From the NCBI GenBank assembly GCA_951406725.2, contig OX597816.1, positions 143,406,001-143,470,000 of the forward strand: a stretch of 64,000 nt of DNA, in the 5' to 3' direction. The stretch's first letter is position 1. Every line of letters starts with the position of its first letter. A program made the position numbers and the translations under genes. The stretch is from Octopus vulgaris. Lineage: Eukaryota. A model generated the notes under the pieces. It had not been told where the DNA came from and ran no database searches. It was given only the letters and a program-made list of their open reading frames with translations. Below, piece by piece: positions 36,111 through 47,340 of this stretch.

Positions 36111-37828
36111 GTAGGTAAACAATCATCATTATCATCATTTAATGCCTGTTTTCCATGCTGGCATGGGTTTGATGGTTTGACAGGAACTGGCATGTCAGCA
36201 AGAAGATTGCATTAAGCTCTGCCATCTGCTTTGGCATGGTTTCTATGGCTCAATGCCCTTCCTAATGCCAACCATTTTGCAGAGTGCACTGGGTCTTTTT
36301 ATGTGGCACCAGCCCCAGCAAGGTCACCAAGTAACTTGCAAGACAATGCTCCTTAACTGAGGGTACACCAGTTATTTGCAGTGAACCCTGTAGCAGAGAA
36401 GAAACATGGCTATCTCAGAGAAAGAATGGAGAGAGAGTTAAAAAGAGGTGAGGTGAGGCATATACTCAAGTTACATGGAGGTGCATATAGTGAAGAGGAC
36501 CAGGGATTGGAGAGGGTGAGTGGGCAAGTAAGTTTGCAAGATTGCATTAGGAGTGTGGGAGATGGAGTGGGGCACAAATAAGGAGAGATATGTTGTGGAG
36601 AAGAGACTCAGGAGGGACATATTGTGTGAGGTAGGTTCATGAGGGAGAATGGGAAATTGTGGGGAAGGGAGGGGAATACAGCGAATGGTGAGTGTAGGTG
36701 GGGAAAGGGTGGGGTGTGTTGGGCCTTGTCAGGAGACAGATTGCATACAGAGGAATGGGCATGGATGTAAAGGACATGTTTTTGTCATCATCATTTAACA
36801 TCTGCCTTCCATGCTGGCATGGTTTATGGTTACAATCTTACTTAGCTGGACAGGTTTTCTCAAGCACAGCAAATCATCAATTATCTGAGTCCTTTGTCTC
36901 TCCTCTGAAGTTCTGCATCTCAAGATCATTTTTCTCCACTTTGTCCCATATTTTCCTGGGTCTTTCTCTTCCAGTTATTCCTTCAACATTTTTGAGATTA
37001 GCACTTCATTAAGCAGCTGTCAAGCTAAGCCAAAGCAAAGAGACAACAGCACACATATATGTATGAGTGTGTGTGTGTGTGTGTTTATTCCATCCTTATT
37101 CTTAAGAAAGCATCTACTCTCTGATCTACCACCCATGCTCTTATGCTCACCTTGTTCCTTGAGAGTTTACTCTAGCAACTATTCACTACCTTCCTCTTAT
37201 CTTCTTCAGCTATATATTTCCTCTATAATGACACTCCTGTGCTTGTCCCTCTATCATACTTTATTCTTTCAACATCTGGCACAAAACCACCCATCTCCCT
37301 CTTTCCCTCCCAAATGCTTTCTCTTAATAGTGGGAGCCTTTTCCTTTTCTCTTTTCTTTTCTATTTTGTAAGTTACATGGCAAATTGACTAGTATTGGTA
37401 GCTCACAAAAAAAAATGCACCCAGTACACTCTGTAAAGTGGTTGGTGTTAGGAAGGGCATCTATCTGTAGAAACTATGTCAAAGATGACATTGGAGCTCA
37501 ACAGAGCCCTACAACTTGCTGGTTCCCTGTCTTTACTTTGTCTTTGCGTTTGGTTTACAAGATTCTTGATGTGAATACATGTGTTGAACAAATCTTGTCT
37601 TGGGAAGATCATTACACCAATAATAACACATGCCCAGTCCTACCCATGTTAACATGGAAAATGGACATTAAAGCATGATGATGACAAGCATGTTGATTCA
37701 TAAGTGTTGTTTTATGTGATCATTTATTCATTATTGCTATGGTCATTACCAGAAACACCTCCCTCTTTTTTTATTTTATTTATAATGTTTATTTTGAAAA
37801 TTCATTCTTTAACATTTTTTCCTACTAG

Positions 37829-37897
37829 AATGGTGCAACTGCTTGTATTTTCTCACCAAATGGTAACTACTTTGCCTCAGGAGGAGGGGACAGTCAG
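37829..37897 (+). CDS. POC1: POC1 exon 10
   Basis: tactag|NGATACIFSPNGNYFASGGGDSQ|gtatgt. Confidence 0.93.
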
Positions 37898-38296
37898 GTA
37901 TGTTGGCTGATTTCTTTAATTTATGATTAGTATTGAGAAAAGGAAATAGAGCAGAGGAGCAAGTTTGTAAAACATGAGTGATGGATTAAATGCTTTTAAA
38001 TGCGTTTTATAGTTGTAAATTGTGACAATATATTTTCAAGCAAAATCTGTACTCACCGAGTTTTAGGGGAAAAGCCACCGAGCAAGCCTTTTTTGAGTGG
38101 TATTATTAAAAATGATAATTTCCTTATTGGAATGTATTTAGAACATTTTAAGTATCTTCAGGAAAACAGGTGAGAGTAGAGAAGTCAACACTTAGTATTT
38201 CTTTATACTGTTACTGTAATGAAGCTGTATTTTACCTAATTTATTTTTGTTTTATTTTTAGTTCTTTTTATGTACATTTCTTTTCTTAATTTTCAG

Positions 38297-38458
38297 GTTC
38301 TAGTTTGGAAGACAAACTTTGATGTAGATGATGTAGAAGTTCCAGCTTCTCAGATGCATGGTCTAACAGCTTATTCCTTTCCCCCTCCTGACTCTGAAGA
38401 AACTTTGCCAGAACAAGAGCATGATGCACCTGCTAGAGCCAGTACTCCTGTTGGAGAT
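38297..38458 (+). CDS. POC1: POC1 exon 11
   Basis: tttcag|VLVWKTNFD…PVGD|gtaaga; WKTNFD is the POC1 signature ending the WD40 propeller. Confidence 0.92.
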
Positions 38459-39369
38459 GTAAGAGTTTTTTTTTTTTCAAATACTTTTAGTTATCATCGC
38501 CATCTCATGTCCTCTTTACCTTTCTAACATGATTTTGTAATTTTTCTTCTAATTCTTTGACTAATTCAACTATAAGAACTAGAATGTTGACAAAAAGGAG
38601 TTTGTACAGCAAATAAATCTTGAACTCTTTGTCAAGGTTTAAAGAACTGTGATAAACAGTAGAAGGCTGAGAATTAAACCCTGATGTAGGAGTGGGTTAG
38701 GGAGAAGAGGATGATAAGTGGCAATACAAAAAGCAGGGTGAAGAGCAGCAGCATAATAAAACTGTAGATAGATGAAGAATAAGATGATGTGACTAGGTAG
38801 GGTGGGGGAGTGAAAGAAGGATGTGCAAAGACAGAGATGGCAGTCTCAGTGACAGAGTACATATGGGTGGATATAATGTGTAACGAACAAAGATGGGTGC
38901 CCATTGATGATACATAGGAGAAGGTATTGTGAATGATAGAAGATATGGGAGGGTATAAAGGATTAGGTATGGTAGTCATAGTTTGTAGATCATAGGAAAG
39001 GAATGTTCAGTGGACAGTAGAGTGGGAAAGGATGATACTAAAAATGAGGATTGGGTTACAAAAGGAGGTGGTTCCAAGGAAAGGGATAACTGATAGCATA
39101 AAAGGGGATGAAATATGTGGAGTTCTGCTGTCATAATTTCAGCAGCTGGATGAGTAGTACTGTAGTTAGAAGAATGGTGGAGGGATAGGTGTTAGAAAGA
39201 TGAGAGATGGAGAAAACTTAACAGGGACAGATTGGGTGCTGGGGTATATACGTAAACCATATGCTTTTAGGGCATCATTTCTGTGAAGATGCAATGGCTC
39301 TTCCCTGGTACAGCAAATCAGTAATCATCTTGGTTCTTGATTATTTTCTTTATGAAGTTCAAAACCTAA

Positions 39370-40060
39370 AGTTGGACTTCACTATTATGTCTCACATCTT
39401 CCAAGGTCTCTCTCTTCTACATGTTCCATCTACATTTAGTGATTGGCAGCTGTCCTCATCCATTTGTATTGCATGACCGTACCATCATAGTTTTCTCTCT
39501 TGCACATTATATCTGATTCCTCTTAAACCCAATTTTTCTCTCAAAACATTTGTTGTTCACATCTAGTAGATGTTGTACATCTAGCAGAGCATGCTAGCTT
39601 CATTTCATTCTAGTCTTTGCCTGTGCCCTGCATTCAGGGCTCATCTCACTATTATGTAGTATTGCTGTCTGTACCCAAGAATTATACAATCTGCCTTTCA
39701 TTCTGTGAGAGAGACCTTTTATTATCAGCAGAAGTAACAGTTCCCTGAACTTTGTCTGGCCTTTTCTTATTCTAGGACCTGTATGTTCAGAACATCCTAT
39801 TTCACAGCTAATTAGGTCATCTAGGTAATAAAAACTTTGCTACCACTAGGGATCCAACTGAGTATTTGAGTTAATCTGTTTTCCGTATGATTTTAGCATT
39901 TATTGCTCCTGCACATTTGCTACACACAAAGTCTATTTTCTCAGTTAACCTCCCTGTGATTCCACTGCACCTCTTATGTATTTATAGTTTACACTGGATA
40001 CACTGTATAAAATTATACCTACACCTTTTCTAGGTAATGGGCATATTGAACAGGTCTATT
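39370..40060 (-). mobile_element. RTE LINE 3' fragment
   Basis: Same orientation as, and homologous to, 42650-43360. Confidence 0.75.
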
Positions 40061-40334
40061 TTCCTGAAGGGAGTTGAATCATAGAAGTGGCATGCCAGTA
40101 CTGGACTTGGATACACTGTATGAAATTATACCTACACCTTTTCTAGGTAACGGGCATATTGAACAGGTCTATTTTCCTGAAGGGAGTTGAATCATAGAAG
40201 TGGCATGCCAGTACTGGACTTGGATACACTGTATGAAATTATACCTACATCTTTTCTAGGTAACGGGCATATTGAACAGGTCTATTTTCCTGAAGGGAGT
40301 TGAATCATAGAAGTGGCATGCCTGTACTGGACTT
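39995..40334 (+). repeat. Three near-identical 113-bp tandem copies
   Basis: Unit TGGATACACTGTAT…GTACTGGACT starts at 39995, 40108 and 40221. Confidence 0.95.
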
Positions 40335-40433
40335 AATATAATTTTTCAAATTTTTTAACTCTTATTCAGGGAAATAACTAGTGTATCTAGAAATAATTTG
40401 CTTCAAATATTTCATTTTCTTTTCGCTCTGCAG

Positions 40434-40481
40434 ACGGAACATGGTGATGGTGCTGCAGCTCCCATTCCTGCTGCACAAAAC
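40434..40481 (+). CDS. POC1: POC1 exon 12 (48-nt linker exon)
   Basis: Strong polypyrimidine tract plus ctgcag|TEHGDGAAAPIPAAQN|gtaagt; symmetric phase 0. It has no homology support. Confidence 0.7.
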
Positions 40482-41440
40482 GTAAGTCTTTATTGTTGTC
40501 TATATTTTCTTATTACAATATTGTTCTTCCTCTTCTTTTAAGCTTTTTGTCTTTCTTATTTGATGTTAATATTTCTGATTGACCTACTCAAGTACTGGAT
40601 GGATTGCTATATTTCTTATAAAGCATCTAAGAAGGAAATATAACACCTCTTCTAACTTCAAAAATTGAAGTAAAATAGTGCATGTGGTTCTTGTTTAGCC
40701 TATAGTTAGGCATAATTGAATGAATTAAACCATACCACTCATAACCATTCCATATTTTATGTATATAAGATTCATTGTCCAGTGTGTGCTTAACTTTTTA
40801 AGACAGTAAGGTATGATTTTAATGAGATATGACTACTATTTGTAGGAGGTTGAGCCACTGCATATGAGCTCTCTTGTTTGCTCTATATGGAGTAAAACTG
40901 TGGGACAAACTGTGTCTCATATACACCTGGTTTGAAATGATGGCATAAATAATAAAATGTTAATAAATGCACTGAACTCTTCACACTTTTTAACAGGCTT
41001 TCATTTAGAAATTAAACTGTCAATACTCAATAAATAGATGAAAATCATTAAGTTGGTTAACATCAGAACTCATTGATAAATAGGTGCAGTAAAAAAAATG
41101 TGAATGAAAGAATGGATAGCACTCATGCAACCACTGACATTGTATGAATTGTGAAAAGAGAAGTACAATGGTAAGCAACATGAAATAATTCAACTGAATA
41201 CTCAACACACTGGCTGTAGAAGGCATTGATTCAATGGATTTTATATTTATATTCTGGTGCCTTAACTACTATTCTTTTATTCTTTTACTTGTTTCAGTTA
41301 TTTTACTGTGGCCATGCTGGAGTGCTGCATTGAAAGGCTTTAGTCAAACAAATTGACTCCAGGACTTATTTTTAAACCTTAGTACTTATTCTATTGATCT
41401 CTTTTACCAAACTACTAAGTTATGGGGATGTAAACACACC

Positions 41441-42070
41441 CAGAGTGAAAGGTAGACTGTATGATACCTGTGTGCCATGCTATATAGCAGTGAAACATGG
41501 GTTGTGACTGCTGAGGACATGTGTAGGCTTGAAAGAAATGAAGCTAGTATGTTCTGCTGGATGTGTATTGTCAGTGTGCATACTTGACAGAGTGTAAGTG
41601 GCCTGAGAAAAAAGTTGGATATAAGAAACATCAGATGTGGTGTGCAACAGAGATGACTGCGCTGGTATGGTCATGCGTATGGATGAGGACAGCTGTATGA
41701 AGAAGTGCCACATCCTTACAGTGGAGGGAACCTGTGAAAGACGTAGACCCAGGAAGACATAGGATGAGGTGGTGAAGAACGATCTTTGAACATTGTGCCT
41801 CACAGAGGTAATGACAAGTGAGCGAGACCTTTGCAGTGCTTAAGAAGACCCAGTAAACCAAGTGAGATCGTAGCCGTGACTGATGCCAGTGTTGCATAAC
41901 TGGCCTGTTTAAAAGTACCCCTTCAATCGTAGGCAATATGCTGTGCTAGAGAAGGCCTGTTGAACCAAGTGAAATTGCTGTCATGGTTGATGTCAGTGCT
42001 GCTTGACTGGCTTTCGTGCCAGTGGTACATAAAAAGCACCATTCGAGCGTGGCTGATGCCAGTGACATGT
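41441..42070 (+). mobile_element. RTE LINE 3' fragment (sense to POC1)
   Basis: RVKGRLYDTC…SETWVVTAEDM…TVEGTCERRRPRKT. Confidence 0.85.
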
Positions 42071-42074
42071 AAAG

Positions 42075-43488
42075 TTTCTACAGAGTTTCTACAGCTGGAT
42101 GCTCTTCCTAACACCAACCACTCCGAAAGTGTAGTGGGTGCTTTTACATGCCACCGGCACGAGGGCCAGTCAGGTGGTACTGGTGACGACCACGCTCAAA
42201 TGGTGTTTTTTATGTGCTACCTGCACAGGAGCCAGTCCAGCAGCACTGATAACGAACTCACTCAAATGTTGTTTGTCACGTGCCACCAGCACAAGTGCCA
42301 GTAAGGTGACACTGATAATGATCACGCTTGAATGGTGCTTTTTATGTGCCACCAGCATGGGAGCCAATCAGCGGCCCTACCAACGATCACACTCGGATGG
42401 TGCTTTTAATGTTCAACTGGCATGGGTGTCAGACAGGCAGTGCTGTCATTGGCCACGTCAGCGGATTTGATTTTGATTCTGATTTCACTTGCCTCAACAG
42501 GTCTTTGCAAGCAATGCATAAGTAGGCTGATTACACCGCTGGCATAGGCCATGAGTTATTGTCTCACTTGGCTTGCTGTGTCTTCTCAAGCATAGCATAT
42601 TTCCAAAGATCTCGGTCGCTAGTCATTGCCTCAGTGATGCCCAATGTTCAAAGGTTGTGCTTCACCACCTCATCCCAGGTCTTCCTGGGTTTACCACTTC
42701 CACAGATTCCCTTAACTGTGAGGGTGTGACACTTTTTCACACAGCTGTCCTCATCCATTCGCACCACATGTCCACACCAGCGCAGTCGTCTCTCTTGCAC
42801 ACCACATCTGACACTTCTTAGGTTCAACTTTTCTCTCAAGGCGCTTACACCCTGTCATGTATGCGCACTGACATTACACATCCAGCAGCGCATACTGGCT
42901 TCATTCCTTGCAAGCTTACGCATGTCCTCAGCAGTCTCGGCCCATGTTTCACTGCCATGTAGCATGGCTGTTTGTACACATGCATCACATTCTATCTATT
43001 ACTCTAAGCGAGAGGCTCTTAGTCACCAGCAGAGGTGGGAGCTCTCTGAACTTTGCCCAGGCTATTCTTAATCTAGCCGCTACACTTTCAGAGCACCCAC
43101 CCTTGCTACTGACTTGGTCACCTAGGTAATGGAAGCTGTCAAGTACTTCTAGTTTTTCTCCCTGGAGTGTGACAGAACATGTTCTGCAGTTTCCAGTTTT
43201 ATTGCTCCTGAGCATCTGCTACATACAAAAACTATTTTCCCAGTTAGCCTTCCTTTGATATTGCTGCACCTCTTATGTGTCCATAGCTTACATTGGGTAC
43301 ATCTTATAGAGTTTCTACCTACACCTTTTCTACAGATCGAGCAGGGCCATCTACCTGAAGGGATTTTAGCTAGGTTGATTCTAAGGCCCTTCGATTCTAA
43401 TCCTTGCTTCCACACCTGAAACTTCTTCTCTAGTTCTGATAGTGACTCAGCAATAAGAGCAAGGTCATCAGCATAGAGGAGCTCCCAA
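42075..43488 (-). mobile_element. RTE LINE 3' portion (antisense to POC1)
   Basis: ELLYADDLALIAESLSELEKKFQVWKQGLESKGLRINLAK…AWAKFREL…GKPRKTWDEVVKHNL; ends about 60 bp before the exon 13 acceptor. Confidence 0.9.
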
Positions 43489-43550
43489 TAGATATATAAT
43501 TTACAATTGCATTTTATTCTGTGTTCTAAATTATGATCCTTGCTTATCAG

Positions 43551-43649
43551 GAAGGATGGTTAGAAATGCTGCAAAATTGGGATTCACTTGAAAATTCAGT
43601 TTCTAGAACTCTTGGAAATGTTGTTGATCAGTTGCAAATAGTTACTCAG
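43551..43649 (+). CDS. POC1: POC1 exon 13
   Basis: tatcag|EGWLEMLQNWDSLENSVSRTLGNVVDQLQIVTQ|gtaagg; matches the Poc1 motif TLEHIVGQLDVLTQ. Confidence 0.9.
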
Positions 43650-44017
43650 GTAAGGGTACTAGATTTTGTTTTGATTTTCATTTTATATTAACTAATGTAC
43701 ATGGATATTTATAAATTTGAAATTAAAATATACAATAAAAATTTGTAATGTTTTATCTTTGAGGACTTTTTCATAGGAAGCCAAAAGATGGAAAGTGAGA
43801 TGCAAATTTGTATACATGTTACTTAATTTTATATCTAATTAGTTTTAGATGATTTATTAATGTTAATTGAATAACTTCCCATGTTACATAATATATAAAA
43901 GAACCCAAAGAAGAAAGAGAAACAAATTTCATTCACTCTGACTTGAAATGAACCTATAACAGAAATACTATAAAATATCAAGTCAGCTCGATGGACGTTA
44001 AACAACAATGATGATGA

Positions 44018-44063
<46 letters not shown>

Positions 44064-44071
44064 ATATAATA

Positions 44072-44300
44072 TAATATGTGACAATTATTCGGTTGCCATA
44101 ATAAAACTCCAAGTTTCAGATGTCAAGGTGGAAATTTGCTCTGGCATCTCATCAGTTATCAAGGCAATTAAAAAACTCTGAAACTTGGAGTTTTATTATG
44201 GAAATCGAATAATTGTCATGCATAATATTACAGATAAATTCGTCTATTTACGTAATATCAAGGTCTCATTCATTCTTTTGTTGTCAGACCACTACTATTA
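44072..44300. mobile_element. Penelope-like inverted pLTR remnant next to (TA)n
   Basis: ~50-bp inverted arms at 44072-44120 and 44177-44225; hammerhead motif on the minus strand. Confidence 0.6.
44099..44161 (-). ncRNA. Type I hammerhead-like motif
   Basis: Minus strand TGATAA-CTGATGA-GATGCCAG…CTTGACATC-T-GAAA-CTTGGAG-TT^TTATTA: 6-bp stem I, stem II closed by GATG/CATC, one extra nucleotide before GAAA, GUU triplet. Confidence 0.6.
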
Positions 44301-44745
44301 ATATATATATAAATATAAAGTAAGGTATCACTTGATTCAGCATTTTCTGCAAACAACTTGCTAAAAGAAGTTTTAGCAGTTTTTGTTGTTTGGCATCAAG
44401 TGGGAAAGAAGTTAAAGACGTAAAACAATAGCCAAATAAGCATTGGTGTTGAATAAGAAACCCACAGATCTTTGGTTCAAATTTACTGCAAGTGTTCTAT
44501 TATGTATTTTGGTAGTACACTTAATACTTCACACATCAACCACTTAGCTGTTAAGAATAATTATTTGAGAATATAAATGACAGTAGTCTGTTAGAGATAT
44601 AGAGATTTACCTTAGTCAATAACCTTATGAATTCAGAGTTTAGCACTGGCCTTTTAGGTTTGCTGAGGCTATTCATATTTTTATATCAAACGTCTTGTAT
44701 GATGTCATTATAATCTATAACCTGTTTTAATTCTGTTAATTTTAG

Positions 44746-44955
44746 ACAATGAGTTTGATGGAGCGACGGCTTGCCATGTATGAGGATAAAATGAAGCAAC
44801 TTTTTAACAAATCAAACAAAATTGATTCATTGGAAAGGGAGTTAATGACATTGAATACGAGCCCCAGGATTGCTGAAGTATTAGGTCAGATGAATGCATT
44901 AGAGCAGCGAATGAATACACTTGAGGAAAGATTACAAGGAAGTACATTATCTTAA
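44746..44955 (+). CDS. POC1: POC1 exon 14 (terminal; Poc1 coiled coil plus extension)
   Basis: ttttag|TMSLMERRLAMYEDKMKQ…LQGSTLS*; matches TVSILEQRLTLTEDKL. AATAAA follows at 45312 and ~45533. Confidence 0.92.
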   Translation, partial: TMSLMERRLAMYEDKMKQLFNKSNKIDSLERELMTLNTSPRIAEVLGQMNALEQRMNTLEERLQGSTLS

Positions 44956-46794
44956 TGCAAATGAATGCATTTGTGTGCGAAAGTGTTTTCCTTTCTTATT
45001 CAGTGCATTACAATCATTGTTTCCATCAACTATCAATAGGTTGTAAATACATACATGCATACATACACACATACATATATGTGTGTATGTATGTGTAAAT
45101 ATAATGAAATCGATGTGACTGTTTATTTTCTTTATATCTTTATACCTTATTGTGCCTCAAAACAGACGATACAATCTGAAAAAATAATATAAAGTCTAAA
45201 TTATATTTATTCATTATTTACTGTATTATATTTATGTATTTTTTTGTATCTTATGTAAATGAATTTTTTAGAGAAAGAAAAATTTTACGTATGGATTATG
45301 TATTTTGTGAAAATAAATAGATATGTATTCTTAATATGAATTCTTTCTTCAAAACATTTTATTTCAGTAAAAAAATATGATAGATTCTGCAAGATTTTTT
45401 CTTCTAGTTTCTCTACTGTGATATTTGCCATTTTTGTGTACATTTGTAGTTATCCACTTTGGAAACATTTATTTTCAAGTAAAATTTCAGTAGGTTTTGT
45501 AAATGTAGAATATATATCTGATAAATCTGATCAATAAAAATTATCATAATTTAAAACTCCATTTAAAACCATGAATCTAAATTTAAGACTAAACATTGGA
45601 ATTTTAATCTGTTAAGAATAATGAGGATAATGATGATGATATTTTATCATTTGTAAATAAATTACATTTGGTTTTGATTATAAATTTTGTTTCTTTGTTT
45701 AAATTTGGGTCACTTGTTTTTAGTACTGTGCCTCTTTGTCTTTTTTTTTTCTTTTACATGTTCAAATGTTTTCAGGTGTGTTATAATTTTTATTTTTAGA
45801 GACAAGCATTTTTACAATATTTATATCTCTGCTGTTTTGATCTCTGACAGGTGTCTTATTGGCTGCTTGGGTTGGAACATTAAACCCCTTCATTTAGAAA
45901 AAAGGTTCCTAGTTCAAATCTGATCTGGTACTATGTAGATATCAAGAAATAAGACAATACTGGCAGGAGAGCAAACTGAGTGAAACATAGTATAGATCTA
46001 ATATATTGAAGAATGTGTCACCTCTAAAGAAAATTTATAATTATAATTTACAATTTAAAATTATAATTTACCCTTCTTGTGATTGTTTTATGATCATCAG
46101 TTATCTCTGCTAGTGTAAAGAAATAGAACACTGCAGTACTATGTACAGGACTATACATTTCAAATTGTTTCTGTTCTCTGCTCTGCTCCCAATATCAGGT
46201 CTATCTTTTCAAAATAAGTGAGCTCTAAATTTCTTCCTGATGCAGTGGATATTTTTATATTGTTTGTAGATAAAGAAAATATTAAAAATAGCATTTTGTT
46301 CAGAAATGCAATGAAACACCAATAACAGATTTGAACTTGTAACTAGCAAGCAAGTAATTCAACCCTTTGTCTATACAGTCATCTTAACTTTAATTTCTCA
46401 GAGAACTTAATGTTTTCTCAGTTTAAATGTTTGAAAATAAATTATCTCATTTGCATCTCACAATACACATTTCAGCACTTCTAAGGCAAACATTGGTTTG
46501 TTTAGATTTATTGTAATATGTGCCCCCTGACTTGGCTCCTGTGCCGGTGGCACGTAAAAAGCACCATCCGAACATGGTCAATGCCAGTGCCCCCTGACTG
46601 GCTACTGTGCTGGTGGCACATAAGAACACCCACTACAGTTGGAGTGGTTGGCATTAGGAAGGGCATCCAGCTGTAGAAACATTCCCAGATCAGATAGGAG
46701 ACTGGTGCAGCCCATTGGCCTGCCAGATCTCAGTCAAACTGTCCAACCCATGCTAGCATGGAAAGCGGATGTTAAACGATGATGATGATCATGC

Positions 46795-47340
46795 ACACAC
46801 ATCCATCTTCTTTGCACACTATTTTTCTTTTGCCAGATTCCTTTCTTGTTTGTTGGGCAGTTGTGATCAAGATTCTTGATCACAACTGACTGATGAATGG
46901 GAATGTGAAACTCTGAGTTGCAGTTTTTTGTGAACCATACAGTAGTGAAGTTATTGCTACCCCAAGCCTTTGATTGGAAGCTCCCTGAGCACCAAACCTG
47001 TTTTTGAAGGTCAAAATATTCTCCGATTGATAAATCAGAAGTAGTTTCACCTTCAAATCCTCTAAAGTATTGGTGCAGAAAAGTAATGTTAGCCTACTCT
47101 GTCTTGGTATATATCCAGACAATTTGGTGATATAGGTCCCAGTTAGCATTAAAAAATAAAAGAGCTTGTCTCATTGCAATAAAATATGCTTGAAAAACTT
47201 GACATGGTAATTTCAGTGTCTTTGAGTGGTCAGCCTTTCCATACTTCATAACGTTGTTATAATTCAGGCAAATATTTGAACCAATCTAAATTCTATTGGC
47301 TTTGCATTGCTATTAGCACTGGCACAAGAAGCATATTTCT
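46795..47340 (-). mobile_element. Old RTE-type LINE fragment
   Basis: VAITSLLYGSQ resembles the AVVxxxLLYGSETW motif. Confidence 0.45.
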
